DNA of 64,000 bases from an uncultured Bacilli bacterium. GTDB lineage: Bacteria > Bacillota_I > Bacilli_A > RF39 > UBA660. Below, in pieces: positions 29,569 to 39,470 of this stretch. The notes under the pieces were generated by a model. It ran no database searches, was not told where the DNA came from, and was given only the letters and a program-made list of their open reading frames with translations. The position numbers and the translations under genes are program-made. Within the stretch, counting starts at the first letter, position 1. Every line of letters starts with the position of its first letter. The DNA lies in contig CANRDU010000001.1 in assembly GCA_947629445.1 (NCBI GenBank), forward strand, positions 68,642-132,641. The letters are read 5' to 3'.

Positions 29569-31077
29569 TTACATCCTCACTTTCATAACGATTCTAATTA
29601 GATAAATATATAAAATATATACAAGAATAATAATGATTAACATTAACATTCCTAATGTCGTCGTTACTAATGGTAAAAAATAATCTGGACTAACAACACT
29701 AATTCCTACCACAAAAATGGCTGGTAATATCATTAAAATATAACTTACTAATTTCGCACTACTAGTCAAAGCACGCATCTCTAAACGTAATTTTTTCTTA
29801 TTCATTAAAGTCTTTTCAATAGAAGTAAATACTTTAATAATATTTCCACCTGTCTGATTTAGAATAGATAAGGAAGATGTTAAATACGCTACCTCTGTAA
29901 TTTCAATTCTTTTTGCGAATCTTCCAAATACTTCTTCTACCGATAGTCCCATAGATAATTCTTTGTGCATACGTGCAAACTCTTCATGGATGTCGCCTTC
30001 TAATTCTTGAGAGACAATCTCAACCGCTTGTGGGATACTATGTCCTGATTTAAAAGCGTTATTCATAATGATGATAGCCTGTAATAAGTCATTTTCAACA
30101 TGATTACGATAAAAACGATAACGAATAAAATAGATGAAATCTGGTAAGAAGTAACCAATTAAAATCGCTGCAAACATCTCTACTAACGATAGTACTTCTA
30201 ATCTTAAGGTAGAGGCAACAATCAATAAGGCAAAGAACAAAACACTCGTAAGCATCTTTTCCGCAAATATATTGACACTCGATGATTTCATAAAGGCAAT
30301 CTGATATTTTTCATATCTCCTACTATAATATACAATTCCATTATAATGTTTCAATGACTTTGCAAGTCCTTCTACCATTCCCTCTTTAAATTCTGATAAC
30401 CGTTCAAAAACATTACCTGTTCTACCATTTGGTTGTAAAGAATATTTTCCCAATCTCTTTTCTAATAAAAGAGTTCGATAATAACGAATAACTAATAAAA
30501 TAAGTAAGCAGAATACGGATATAACAACACACTGTCCTAAAAATATTTCCTCTCTTCTACTATCTACTACTTGATAAGTAACCGTACGAATCGTCGTATT
30601 TCCTGCTTCATCACTAACCCGAAAAGTTACATTTTTACTTCCAAGTGTCTCCCAATCAATGGTATCGGCATCTGTCTCCACTTTAAAAGTGATATTTCCA
30701 CTTTGAGAATCTGTTGCCTTAACCCCTTTCATAATATCTACACGAGAGCCCGCTTCTACGGTAAAAGAATTCTTATCAATCTCAATGACTGGAGCTTCTT
30801 TATCAACATTATAAATTCCTGTTTTAAAAGTTTCCGTTTGCTCTGTTGCGTCATAATTGACAAACTCTATGCGATATTGTCCGGTTTCTTTTAAAACGAT
30901 ACGCACAGCAGAATTATCATCAATATAAATAGGTTCTTCACTTTCATCATTTTTAATGATGGTGTAAGAATAGTGAGTAATGCCTTCTTTTGGTTGGTAA
31001 TCAACAACGATATCATCCCGTGTAAACTCTTCTTGACTAGCTACACTAATATAATATCCATCTTCTTCTAATAGCAT
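29569..31077 (-). CDS. tadB: TadB (T2SS-F family) fused to N-terminal Ig-like (DUF5011-like) domains
   Basis: C-terminal NAFKSGHSIPQA...QTGGNI; N-terminal DKEAPVI..GVKATDSQSG..VSDEAGN; SD GGAGG before MLLEE. Confidence 0.78.
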   Translation of the reverse strand: MLLEEDGYYISVASQEEFTRDDIVVDYQPKEGITHYSYTIIKNDESEEPIYIDDNSAVRIVLKETGQYRIEFVNYDATEQTETFKTGIYNVDKEAPVIEIDKNSFTVEAGSRVDIMKGVKATDSQSGNITFKVETDADTIDWETLGSKNVTFRVSDEAGNTTIRTVTYQVVDSRREEIFLGQCVVISVFCLLILLVIRYYRTLLLEKRLGKYSLQPNGRTGNVFERLSEFKEGMVEGLAKSLKHYNGIVYYSRRYEKYQIAFMKSSSVNIFAEKMLTSVLFFALLIVASTLRLEVLSLVEMFAAILIGYFLPDFIYFIRYRFYRNHVENDLLQAIIIMNNAFKSGHSIPQAVEIVSQELEGDIHEEFARMHKELSMGLSVEEVFGRFAKRIEITEVAYLTSSLSILNQTGGNIIKVFTSIEKTLMNKKKLRLEMRALTSSAKLVSYILMILPAIFVVGISVVSPDYFLPLVTTTLGMLMLIIIILVYILYIYLIRIVMKVRM

Positions 31078-31087
31078 GTTTTCCCTC

Positions 31088-32413
31088 CTATTCTCCAAAA
31101 ATATCGGTTAAATCTGAAATTCCCATTGCTTTCATACGATCATAAACTTTTGGAATGCCTGGCTCTAATATAAATTCACCTTTTACTTCTAAGTTTTCCG
31201 TTAATCCTTGTTTATGGAAAGCAAATATTTCTTTTAAGGTAACAACTCCCTCCGTCATACCTGTTACCTCACAAATACTAGTGACACGTCTTCTACCATC
31301 GCTAAGTCTTTCAATTTGAACAACAATATCAATAGCATCTTTAATATATTCACGAATAGCACGAACAGGAATTTCCATACCTGCCATAAGTACCATTGTT
31401 TCTAATCGATTTAAAGCATCACTTGGGCCATTGGCATGCATTGTCGTCAAAGAACCTTCATGACCAGTATTCATGGCCTGTAGCATGTCAAAAGCTTCTT
31501 CCCCACGAACCTCACCAACAACAATACGATCAGGTCTCATACGAAGAGAATTGATTACCAAATCGCGGATGGTAACCTCACCTTCTCCTTCATAATTGGC
31601 ACTTCTCGTCTCAAGGGGAATGACATGAGATTGCTTTAGTGTCAACTCGGCTGCATCTTCAATCGTAACGATTCTCTCACTTGCTCCAATAAAAGAAGAT
31701 AAAATATTAAGAAGAGTCGTCTTTCCGGCACCAGTTCCACCACAAATTAAAATATTTAATTTTGCCTTTACACAAGCTTCCAAAAATCTCGCCATATAAG
31801 GAGTAAGAGCTCCATTCCTTAAAAAATCATCAATATTGGCAAGTTCACTTTTAAATTTACGAATCGTAAGTACTGGTCCTCTCAATGATAATGGAGGTAA
31901 AACCGCATTCAAACGAGAACCATCTTGAAGACGAGCATCTACCATAGGATTGGTCGTATCGATAGTTCTTCCTAGTGGCTGAATCAATCGTTGGATAGTA
32001 CGTACAATATGTTCATCATTGATAAAAGATACACTTTCATCTTTTATAATTTTTCCTTCTAATTCGATATATACTTCATCTTTCCCATTAACCATAATTT
32101 CCGTAATATCTTTATCTTCTAATAATTCCGTCAAAGGTCCATAGCCATTGACTTCATTATCAATTAAATTATATAAATAACTTCTCTCAACAATACTTAA
32201 ATCGTATCCTTCCATCGCCTCATCTACTTCTTCGCGAATAGCAAGAGAAGTCATCGTAGTATCTTTTAAGTGTTTGTCAATTAATCCTTCAATAATCTTA
32301 TTTCTAAGTTGATCTAATAGTTCTTTGTTGGAAAATGTTTCATAATCTGTCATTGGAATATCGCTATCTGACTTTAGAGCAACTTCAAATTCTTCTACAA
32401 ACTTTTTTCCCAT
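31088..32413 (-). CDS. cpaF: Tad pilus ATPase CpaF/TadA
   Basis: [24 protein letters not shown] and AMNTGHEGS motifs. Confidence 0.95.
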   Translation of the reverse strand: MGKKFVEEFEVALKSDSDIPMTDYETFSNKELLDQLRNKIIEGLIDKHLKDTTMTSLAIREEVDEAMEGYDLSIVERSYLYNLIDNEVNGYGPLTELLEDKDITEIMVNGKDEVYIELEGKIIKDESVSFINDEHIVRTIQRLIQPLGRTIDTTNPMVDARLQDGSRLNAVLPPLSLRGPVLTIRKFKSELANIDDFLRNGALTPYMARFLEACVKAKLNILICGGTGAGKTTLLNILSSFIGASERIVTIEDAAELTLKQSHVIPLETRSANYEGEGEVTIRDLVINSLRMRPDRIVVGEVRGEEAFDMLQAMNTGHEGSLTTMHANGPSDALNRLETMVLMAGMEIPVRAIREYIKDAIDIVVQIERLSDGRRRVTSICEVTGMTEGVVTLKEIFAFHKQGLTENLEVKGEFILEPGIPKVYDRMKAMGISDLTDIFGE

Positions 32414-32414
32414 A

Positions 32415-33167
32415 CTAATCCTCCCTCAATAGTGATTGTGCGATAGATTGATATACTTTAATAGCACGTTTAGAAGATTTTCTAACCTTCTTATCTAACA
32501 AAAATACAATACCATTCATTACATATTTATCATATTTTTTCTGATAAAAAGATTGTGGTATGCGATAGTCAACCTCTCTTTTAATAAGATTTTTAATATC
32601 CGCAATAGAGTATTGACCCGTTTCTTTTTTCGTAGAGTCGTTTAAAACAACAACCATTTTGTCAGATTCCATATCTTCAAAAACAGAAGACATAGAACGC
32701 ATTGCTCTTAAATTCATACATTCATTGTTAATCACATAATAAATACTATCACTATAATCAAAGGCAACTAAATTAAGAGGTGAAAGCAAGTGATTCGTAT
32801 CAATTAAAATAATGTCATATTTTAAGGATACTTTGGAAAGTAAATACGTTAAAAAGCCAGTCTCTATTTTATTCGCATACCTAGGATCCTTTGGAGCCGG
32901 TAAAACATCAATTCCATCCGTATAAGGATAAATATAATCTTCTACTTGTTCAAAGGTATGATTTCTAATATCTTCATAACAATTATATAAATCTTTTTCG
33001 TGTTCCAAGTCTAGACGTGCTGCAACATCTCCAGCGGTTACATCTAAATCTATTACGAGTACACTTTTTTTCATTAATTTTAAAACTGCAGCTAAATTAA
33101 GGGTAAAAGTCGTTTTCCCTGTTCCACCCTTTACAGAAGTAATTGTGCATATTTTTGCTTTTTTCAT
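32415..33167 (-). CDS. CpaE/TadZ-like MinD/ParA ATPase
   Basis: Deviant Walker A KGGTGKTT, IDLD and DIILIDT; located in the tad locus. Confidence 0.8.
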   Translation of the reverse strand: MKKAKICTITSVKGGTGKTTFTLNLAAVLKLMKKSVLVIDLDVTAGDVAARLDLEHEKDLYNCYEDIRNHTFEQVEDYIYPYTDGIDVLPAPKDPRYANKIETGFLTYLLSKVSLKYDIILIDTNHLLSPLNLVAFDYSDSIYYVINNECMNLRAMRSMSSVFEDMESDKMVVVLNDSTKKETGQYSIADIKNLIKREVDYRIPQSFYQKKYDKYVMNGIVFLLDKKVRKSSKRAIKVYQSIAQSLLRED

Positions 33168-33177
33168 AATCTAACCC

Positions 33178-33549
33178 CTATTCCTTTACTATTTGAAATT
33201 TTCCATCTTTTTTTTCGCCTTCACAAGAAAGAACCACTTTCTCTTTCTTTAAAAAAGCTATATCATAATTTTTTTGTACTTCCATCTTCACTTTATTTTC
33301 TTCTACCACTATGTCGATATTAGCCTTAGATATTTCTGGAAAACTTTCCTGAAACATATCAATCATATCTTCCTTAACCGTATCTCGTCCCCAATAATCT
33401 ACCCCATATCGAACAACTTCTTCCAAAGTTTTTTCTATCTGTTTCTTTTCTAATTGAATAGTTCCTAACTGATAAAAGACAATAAATACCATGAGAAGAA
33501 CAGGAAGAATAAACAGAAACAGTACTAACGTTTGACCCCTATTATTCAT
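33178..33549 (-). CDS. TadE/G-like pseudopilin
   Basis: Prepilin site RG/QTLVLF followed by a hydrophobic helix. Confidence 0.75.
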   Translation of the reverse strand: MNNRGQTLVLFLFILPVLLMVFIVFYQLGTIQLEKKQIEKTLEEVVRYGVDYWGRDTVKEDMIDMFQESFPEISKANIDIVVEENKVKMEVQKNYDIAFLKKEKVVLSCEGEKKDGKFQIVKE

Positions 33550-33550
33550 A

Positions 33551-33889
33551 CTATCCCTCATACAATGTCTTTACCGCATCCACCTGGTATTGACTTCCTA
33601 ATATTTTATTAAGTCCCGGCGTGTAAAGAGTAATATCTTGCTTCAAGCGAATAGTGGTATAAGCCTTTTCTTGATTGACATCCATTTCTAATTTGTTCTC
33701 TTTTAAGTAATTTTCTAATTCTTCCTTCTCATCTTCATGATACAAATCCACTATGAAATCTAATTGATTTTCTATTTTATATCGGTGATACAAAATGTTG
33801 CCAAAATCAAACACTGCCATGATAATTACTAGTAGGACTGGCAAAATAAGTAAAAACTCAATCAACGCTTGCCCCCGATGATTTCTCAT
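33551..33889 (-). CDS. tadE: TadE-like pseudopilin
   Basis: RG/QALIEFLLILP signature. Confidence 0.85.
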   Translation of the reverse strand: MRNHRGQALIEFLLILPVLLVIIMAVFDFGNILYHRYKIENQLDFIVDLYHEDEKEELENYLKENKLEMDVNQEKAYTTIRLKQDITLYTPGLNKILGSQYQVDAVKTLYEG

Positions 33890-33989
33890 CTTATCACACC
33901 CCTCTATTATATACAACATTATACCAAAAACTTGGTTGAAAAGATAGACATTGATAAAAAAATGATAATAAAAATTATCATTTTCTTTC

Positions 33990-34181
33990 TTATTCTTCGC
34001 AATAGCCTTCCCCAGGCTTTTCCCCTTCTACATAAGTCTTATCTAGTAGTTCACAAGAAGATTTGGTCATAGTATCTTTTAAATAGCCTCCTAATAAACG
34101 AATAATACCAATCGCTATTACACTGATAATGGCAATAATTAATAAATATTCTACTAAAGCTTGACCACGACTATTTTTCAT
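33990..34181 (-). CDS. Flp family type IVb pilin
   Basis: RG/QALVEY plus hydrophobic helix, 63 aa; SD GGAGG. Confidence 0.85.
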   Translation of the reverse strand: MKNSRGQALVEYLLIIAIISVIAIGIIRLLGGYLKDTMTKSSCELLDKTYVEGEKPGEGYCEE

Positions 34182-34203
34182 AGAACCGCCTCCGACTATA
34201 AAA

Positions 34204-34232
34204 AGTATATCCCTATTTCCTATTTTTGTCAA
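34204..34232 (-). promoter_or_regulatory. sigmaA promoter of the flp/tad operon
   Basis: TTGACA-17-TATACT. Confidence 0.7.
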
Positions 34233-34264
34233 TGAATTTATGTTATAATGAATTTGGTGATTCT

Positions 34265-34582
34265 ATGAAACTAGAAGGAAAAACGAAGAAATGGGAAGTG
34301 ATTCCTTGTCATAAATTTTGGCTACGCCTTAAAGGAAACATGGGAAAAAAAGAAATTGCTAGTATTCTTCTATTTCCAAGATGTAATTCTATTCATACCT
34401 TTTTTATGCGAAGTAAAATTGATGTGGTAATGTTAGATAAGGAAAATCAAGTATTATACGTTTCGAATTATCTCCCTCCTTATCAAATTCTTTTTCCTAA
34501 AAAGAATGTCTATGCTACATTAGAATTTCCACCAGGAGAAAATATCTATCAAAAAGGAGACTTTATTTCTTATCAAAAATAA
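34265..34582 (+). CDS. DUF192 family protein
   Basis: RLKG, LLFPRCNSIHTFFM..IDVVMLD and LEFP motifs; divergent from flp. Confidence 0.85.
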   Translation: MKLEGKTKKWEVIPCHKFWLRLKGNMGKKEIASILLFPRCNSIHTFFMRSKIDVVMLDKENQVLYVSNYLPPYQILFPKKNVYATLEFPPGENIYQKGDFISYQK

Positions 34583-34606
34583 AGAAAGTAGACAATGTCT
34601 ACTTTT

Positions 34607-35116
34607 TTATTGATTATTTGTATTTTGAAATAAAGAATCTAAACTTTGTTGAACCATCGTTTGTTGAGATACTTGGGTTGGATTCATATTGGCTTGTGGA
34701 AATAACACATTATTGTTTTCCATGGAGGGTGAATTTGATCCTCCATTCATTGGTTCTAAAGATGGTGCTTGTGGTGAAGATTCCTCCCGCAGTGGAATAA
34801 AACTAAAACCAGTGGTTGCAGCCGTTACATTTTCTGCTTGATTTAACAATCCAAGAGTTGGATTTTCCTCATTTGCAAGGGGAATAGCGGTATTCATTAC
34901 TCCCCCATTTGTTCCTTGATTTAGAAGGTCTAAAGTTGGATTTTGCATATCGGGAGATACAAAGTCATTATTACTAGCATTTAATAAGTCTAAGGTTGGA
35001 TTCTGCTCCTTGGGCTTGCTATTATTTTCATCTCGCAAAATATTAGTCCCAAAAATACTGGCAGCCATATCTACATCGCTTGTATTTGTATTCCAATTTT
35101 CACCTGTTTGATTCAT
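34607..35116 (-). CDS. Hypothetical N/Q-rich protein with three NPTLxLLN repeats
   Basis: 169-aa low-complexity ORF. Confidence 0.65.
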   Translation of the reverse strand: MNQTGENWNTNTSDVDMAASIFGTNILRDENNSKPKEQNPTLDLLNASNNDFVSPDMQNPTLDLLNQGTNGGVMNTAIPLANEENPTLGLLNQAENVTAATTGFSFIPLREESSPQAPSLEPMNGGSNSPSMENNNVLFPQANMNPTQVSQQTMVQQSLDSLFQNTNNQ

Positions 35117-35200
35117 TCTATCCCAACTTTCTACACACAGTATAGCAATTTTCTTTATAAAAAGGAAGATTTTTCTAAAGAAAAAAGATTTCTTTACATT

Positions 35201-37093
35201 TTATTTTTCCAAGGTATTCAAAGGTTTACTCATATCGTAAAGTTCACTTGGAAGAGGTTCAAAGATTTCTTCCTTCTTCGAATCATCATGCGATAAATAT
35301 TTTCCTAAAACTCTCTTAAGTTCTAATTTATCAATAGGTTTTGCCAAATAATCATCAAAACCATTTCGCAAATATTTCTCTTTCATACCCTCAATGGCAT
35401 TTGCTGTAAGCACAACTACCGGTACCTGAAAATGAGGATCCTTTTTCAATTCCTGAAGAGTTTCGGTTCCTGACATACGAGGCATCATATCATCCATTAA
35501 GATTAAATCATATTGTTTGCCATCCCTAATTTTTTGGATGCAATCTTCCCCACTTTCACATTCTTCTACTGTCACCTGAAATGGAGATAATAGCCTAGTT
35601 GCTACTTTTAAATTAATCTTATTATCATCCACTACTAATACTCGTCTACCACTAATATCAAAAGTTTCTATCACTTGATATTCTTTTTTAGGAAGTACCG
35701 TATGACGAATGGTTTGTTTTAAATATACCGTAAACTTAGATCCTTCACCATACTTACTTTGAACGATAATCTTTCCACCCATCATCTCGACCAGACGTTT
35801 GGTAATCGCAAGACCTAATCCCGTTCCTTCCAACGTAGTATTTCTGTCCTCTTCCAATCTTTCGAATTTTTGAAAAATACTATCTATTTTATCTGGCTTG
35901 ATTCCTCTTCCGGTATCTTCTACGGAAATAACTAGTTTACTAATATCCTGATTGTTGACACAACCAACTTCAAACACAATCATTCCCCTATCCGTATATT
36001 TTACAGCATTCGTTAAAATATTCATAATAATTTGCTTAATCTTACCGATATCTCCATATAAAACATCAGGAATATCAGGTGCAAACTTCGTTTTCAATTC
36101 AACTGGTTTTTCGCCAATTCGGGGAATCATTAATTTTGCTAAATTCTCTAAGTGTTCTTTTAAGCAATATTCTGACTCTATAATTTCCATCTTATTTGCT
36201 TCTATCTTGGAAATATCTAGAATACCATTTACTATCTCCAATAAGTTTTGAGATGCCATAACAATATCTTTGGCATCATTTTTAGCAGCATCTAAAGATT
36301 CTTCCTCTAAAATAGATTCACTAAATCCGACAATGGCATTTAATGGAGTACGGATTTCATGAGACATATTCGATAAGAAGTCAGATTTCGCATGATTAGC
36401 TTTTTCTGCTGCCTCTTTGGCAATATTCAATTTCTCAATAATTTTTAAATCCGGATTTTCAATCGTGAAATACATAACAAATAAAACAAAAGACTGAACT
36501 ACGGTGGTAATTGTTATTTGCGGAAATATTTTTTGAATAACCGCTCCAATAGACATTCCAATAATAAAAATAATTAATGGCACACACTTCTTCGTTTGTA
36601 ATTGTTTAAAATTAACCGTCATTTTCACTAAAGTATAGATAATTAAAAGAGAACTACAAAAATATAGGAAATTAACAGCAGGTCCCGTACAATAATCATC
36701 ATAATTTGTAACATATTCAATTGGTAATATGAAAATCAAAAGAGTCAAAAAGGTACCTAAAAGAATATTGATAGTCATCTTTTGATTGCTAGATTTTTTT
36801 TCTTTCGTTTTTGGATTTGCACAAATATGATATACATAATATGTCATTACTATTCCAAACCAAAGGACATAACTCAAGTATACCTTCGTTAATAAAGTAG
36901 TCAATATATTCGTTACTGATAAGTAAAAGCAACAAAGTTTTAAAATAATTTCCACAACTAATCCAAAAAGATTCATTTTTATCAAAATGGAAAATATTTT
37001 TATTTCTTCACTCTCAATATGTCTTTGTCTAAAATAAACAATAGCTAGTGCCTCCATATAAAGAAGACTAAGTATCAAGATTAATAAGGTCAT
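35201..37093 (-). CDS. Hybrid sensor histidine kinase/response regulator
   Basis: Multi-TM N-terminus, H-box FLSNMSHEIRTPLN, N-box NAVKYT, G-boxes DTGRG/GTGLG and receiver LVVDDN..MDDMMP..KP. Confidence 0.95.
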   Translation of the reverse strand: MTLLILILSLLYMEALAIVYFRQRHIESEEIKIFSILIKMNLFGLVVEIILKLCCFYLSVTNILTTLLTKVYLSYVLWFGIVMTYYVYHICANPKTKEKKSSNQKMTINILLGTFLTLLIFILPIEYVTNYDDYCTGPAVNFLYFCSSLLIIYTLVKMTVNFKQLQTKKCVPLIIFIIGMSIGAVIQKIFPQITITTVVQSFVLFVMYFTIENPDLKIIEKLNIAKEAAEKANHAKSDFLSNMSHEIRTPLNAIVGFSESILEEESLDAAKNDAKDIVMASQNLLEIVNGILDISKIEANKMEIIESEYCLKEHLENLAKLMIPRIGEKPVELKTKFAPDIPDVLYGDIGKIKQIIMNILTNAVKYTDRGMIVFEVGCVNNQDISKLVISVEDTGRGIKPDKIDSIFQKFERLEEDRNTTLEGTGLGLAITKRLVEMMGGKIIVQSKYGEGSKFTVYLKQTIRHTVLPKKEYQVIETFDISGRRVLVVDDNKINLKVATRLLSPFQVTVEECESGEDCIQKIRDGKQYDLILMDDMMPRMSGTETLQELKKDPHFQVPVVVLTANAIEGMKEKYLRNGFDDYLAKPIDKLELKRVLGKYLSHDDSKKEEIFEPLPSELYDMSKPLNTLEK

Positions 37094-37141
37094 ATCTCTA
37101 CACCTCTATTCTCCTTCATTATACAAAAAAAGTTATTCATT

Positions 37142-39040
37142 TTAAAATAACTTTTTCTCAATTTTCTTCACTTTGACAGATTGTTTACCATAATATTCGC
37201 TTGGTATTATACATTTTTCAGAAATTCCTTCCTCTTTCAAAGCTACTAAATTTCTTTTAGCCGTAAAAAGAGTCGGAAATCCTTCTTCATGAGAATGAAC
37301 TCTAAAATATAATCTACCTCTTAACACGTCTGGAAACTTGCTATAGCATCTCTGTTCCGCTGATAATAGAGTTTTTTCTTCATTTACTCTTTTAAAATAT
37401 TGGGTCTCAATATGAGCAACATAAATAGGTTGCTCTCCTTCTTCTATGACAACGACTTCACAAGACATAATATTTTTCGTATCTTTTAAAATCTCATCAG
37501 CAATTTGGAAAGTCTTAATTTTAGGATCATTTTTACCAATTCTTCCTTTAATATATACTTTATTCCACTCGTCAACATATCCGTAAACCCCTAAATCTCC
37601 CCATATTCTACCATAAGCATCTGTAATAAAATATTGTGACGTTGCTTCTGGGTCATTATGGTATTCCTTCATCGCAGTTGGTGAATTTGCGACCAGTCTT
37701 CCCATCTCTCTTGGCTCGCAGTAAGTACCATCAGCTAGATTAAGAACAGCAACATCGGCAAAATCGTAGTAGTCCAATCCCATTGGTTCATGAATTTTTC
37801 TTACTTTTTGTAATGGGTTTTGATAGCCTCTATAAAGAGATAGGAAAATACTACCGTGTTCACTATCACCACCACCAATAGTCATTTTGGCAACAGAAAC
37901 CGGTGTATGTGTCATAGCAATTCCCGCCTTAACATCACGAAGCCATCTATTTAATGCTTTTTCCTCTCCCGCAGCAAGCGGTTCTCCACCTTCTGATGGT
38001 ACATAGAGGTATGGTAAAGTTAAGCCTTTAAATTCTGGATTAGTATAGGTCTCTTTCATAGCCCTCATCCAATAAGTCCTAGTAGCAATGACAAGACCTC
38101 CATTATTAATTTTTAAACTATATAAGAAATAGTTCTCGTCTACAATTGGTTCTAAAGCAACCGTACCTCCTTGTAATAAGGTATCAGAAACTCCTGACAT
38201 CATCGTAGTATCTGCATGAGGACCAATAGCAGCCATAGTAGTTGTCTTATCCATTCGTGGAATACCCGCTACCTCTGGATCGTGATATCGCCCCATAATA
38301 ATATAGGTTTCGTTTCTTTGCACAACGCCTTTATGAATACCTTTTTTAGTAGAACCACTCGTATAGGTAATCGCTAACGGATCTCCTAATTTTCCGTGAC
38401 CATTTAGTTCTCCTCGATAACTAACTCCATTTTCCAAAAAGGTATCTACATCTTCTACATTCGAAAATTCAGAAAGGGCTTTATGAAGTTCTTCTTCATT
38501 CAACTTAAAGAAACGCTCTGTAATCTCTGCATATGGATTTCCAAGTTTATCCCACTTGCTAACTGGCAATAAAATAATTTTTTTCTTCTCTGTACTTTTA
38601 TGAAGAGCTTCTTTCATTGTTGCAAAATCCCAATCGTCTACCAAAACAATATCAGCATTTGCAGAATGAATAATCTGGGCAATATAATCTTGATTAAAAT
38701 CCGCTGCTATCAAATTGATTTTAGCCCCTATTAAACTAGCTGCCGCCACTAATGCTGGATAATCAGGTGTCTGCCTTAAGCAAGCAACAAACTCATCACC
38801 TTTTTTAATTCCATAAGTTTTTAAAGCTCTCGCATAATCCTCAACCATTTTGAAAAACTCACCATAAGTAATTTTCGTCCCACGATAGAAAAGTGCTACT
38901 TTTCCTAAATTCTTACGATTTCTCATATAAACATCTTCATACCAGGAATGATTGTGGTATTTTAAAATGCTTTTTTTTACTTCTTCCCTAGACATTTTTT
39001 TCAAATAAAATTCCCCCTTGTCATGCCAGTATTCTAACAT
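37142..39040 (-). CDS. AMP-binding (acyl-CoA ligase-like) enzyme
   Basis: YTSGSTKKG P-loop-like motif, GDLG.YGYVD and YIKGR; exact start uncertain. Confidence 0.82.
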   Translation of the reverse strand: MLEYWHDKGEFYLKKMSREEVKKSILKYHNHSWYEDVYMRNRKNLGKVALFYRGTKITYGEFFKMVEDYARALKTYGIKKGDEFVACLRQTPDYPALVAAASLIGAKINLIAADFNQDYIAQIIHSANADIVLVDDWDFATMKEALHKSTEKKKIILLPVSKWDKLGNPYAEITERFFKLNEEELHKALSEFSNVEDVDTFLENGVSYRGELNGHGKLGDPLAITYTSGSTKKGIHKGVVQRNETYIIMGRYHDPEVAGIPRMDKTTTMAAIGPHADTTMMSGVSDTLLQGGTVALEPIVDENYFLYSLKINNGGLVIATRTYWMRAMKETYTNPEFKGLTLPYLYVPSEGGEPLAAGEEKALNRWLRDVKAGIAMTHTPVSVAKMTIGGGDSEHGSIFLSLYRGYQNPLQKVRKIHEPMGLDYYDFADVAVLNLADGTYCEPREMGRLVANSPTAMKEYHNDPEATSQYFITDAYGRIWGDLGVYGYVDEWNKVYIKGRIGKNDPKIKTFQIADEILKDTKNIMSCEVVVIEEGEQPIYVAHIETQYFKRVNEEKTLLSAEQRCYSKFPDVLRGRLYFRVHSHEEGFPTLFTAKRNLVALKEEGISEKCIIPSEYYGKQSVKVKKIEKKLF

Positions 39041-39156
39041 ACATTTAGATAAGTTGCAACTTATATTTTTGTAAATAAAAAGTTATTTATAGAGAAAATA
39101 TGGATTTCAAATTCTTTTTTTGTTATAATCATACTAGAATTGAAGGAGGCTGTAAG

Positions 39157-39423
39157 ATGGGACTTTTAGATCATATGCTAAACAATGTAGTAGGTAGTAT
39201 GAGCCGTGCGGTTGGAAATGCTGTTGGTGATGCTGTTGGAAATATGGCTGGAGAAGGTATCAATTCGGTTACAACCGATTTAAAAATTAAAAATGAAGAG
39301 AAATTAATGGATTTAGCAGAACGTCAAAAAGAAGAACATCTTCCAATGAATTGTCCACATTGTGGGGCACCCACCAATAAACATTTGGTTTGTGAATACT
39401 GTCATTGTAAAGTGGTAGAATAA
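39157..39423 (+). CDS. Small protein with C-terminal zinc ribbon
   Basis: CPHCGA...CEYC; SD GGAGG before MGLLD; terminator AAATACGGAT-ATT-ATCCGTATTT follows. Confidence 0.8.
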   Translation: MGLLDHMLNNVVGSMSRAVGNAVGDAVGNMAGEGINSVTTDLKIKNEEKLMDLAERQKEEHLPMNCPHCGAPTNKHLVCEYCHCKVVE

Positions 39424-39470
39424 ATACGGATATTATCCGTATTTTTTTCAGCAAAAAAAGTGATTTCAAA

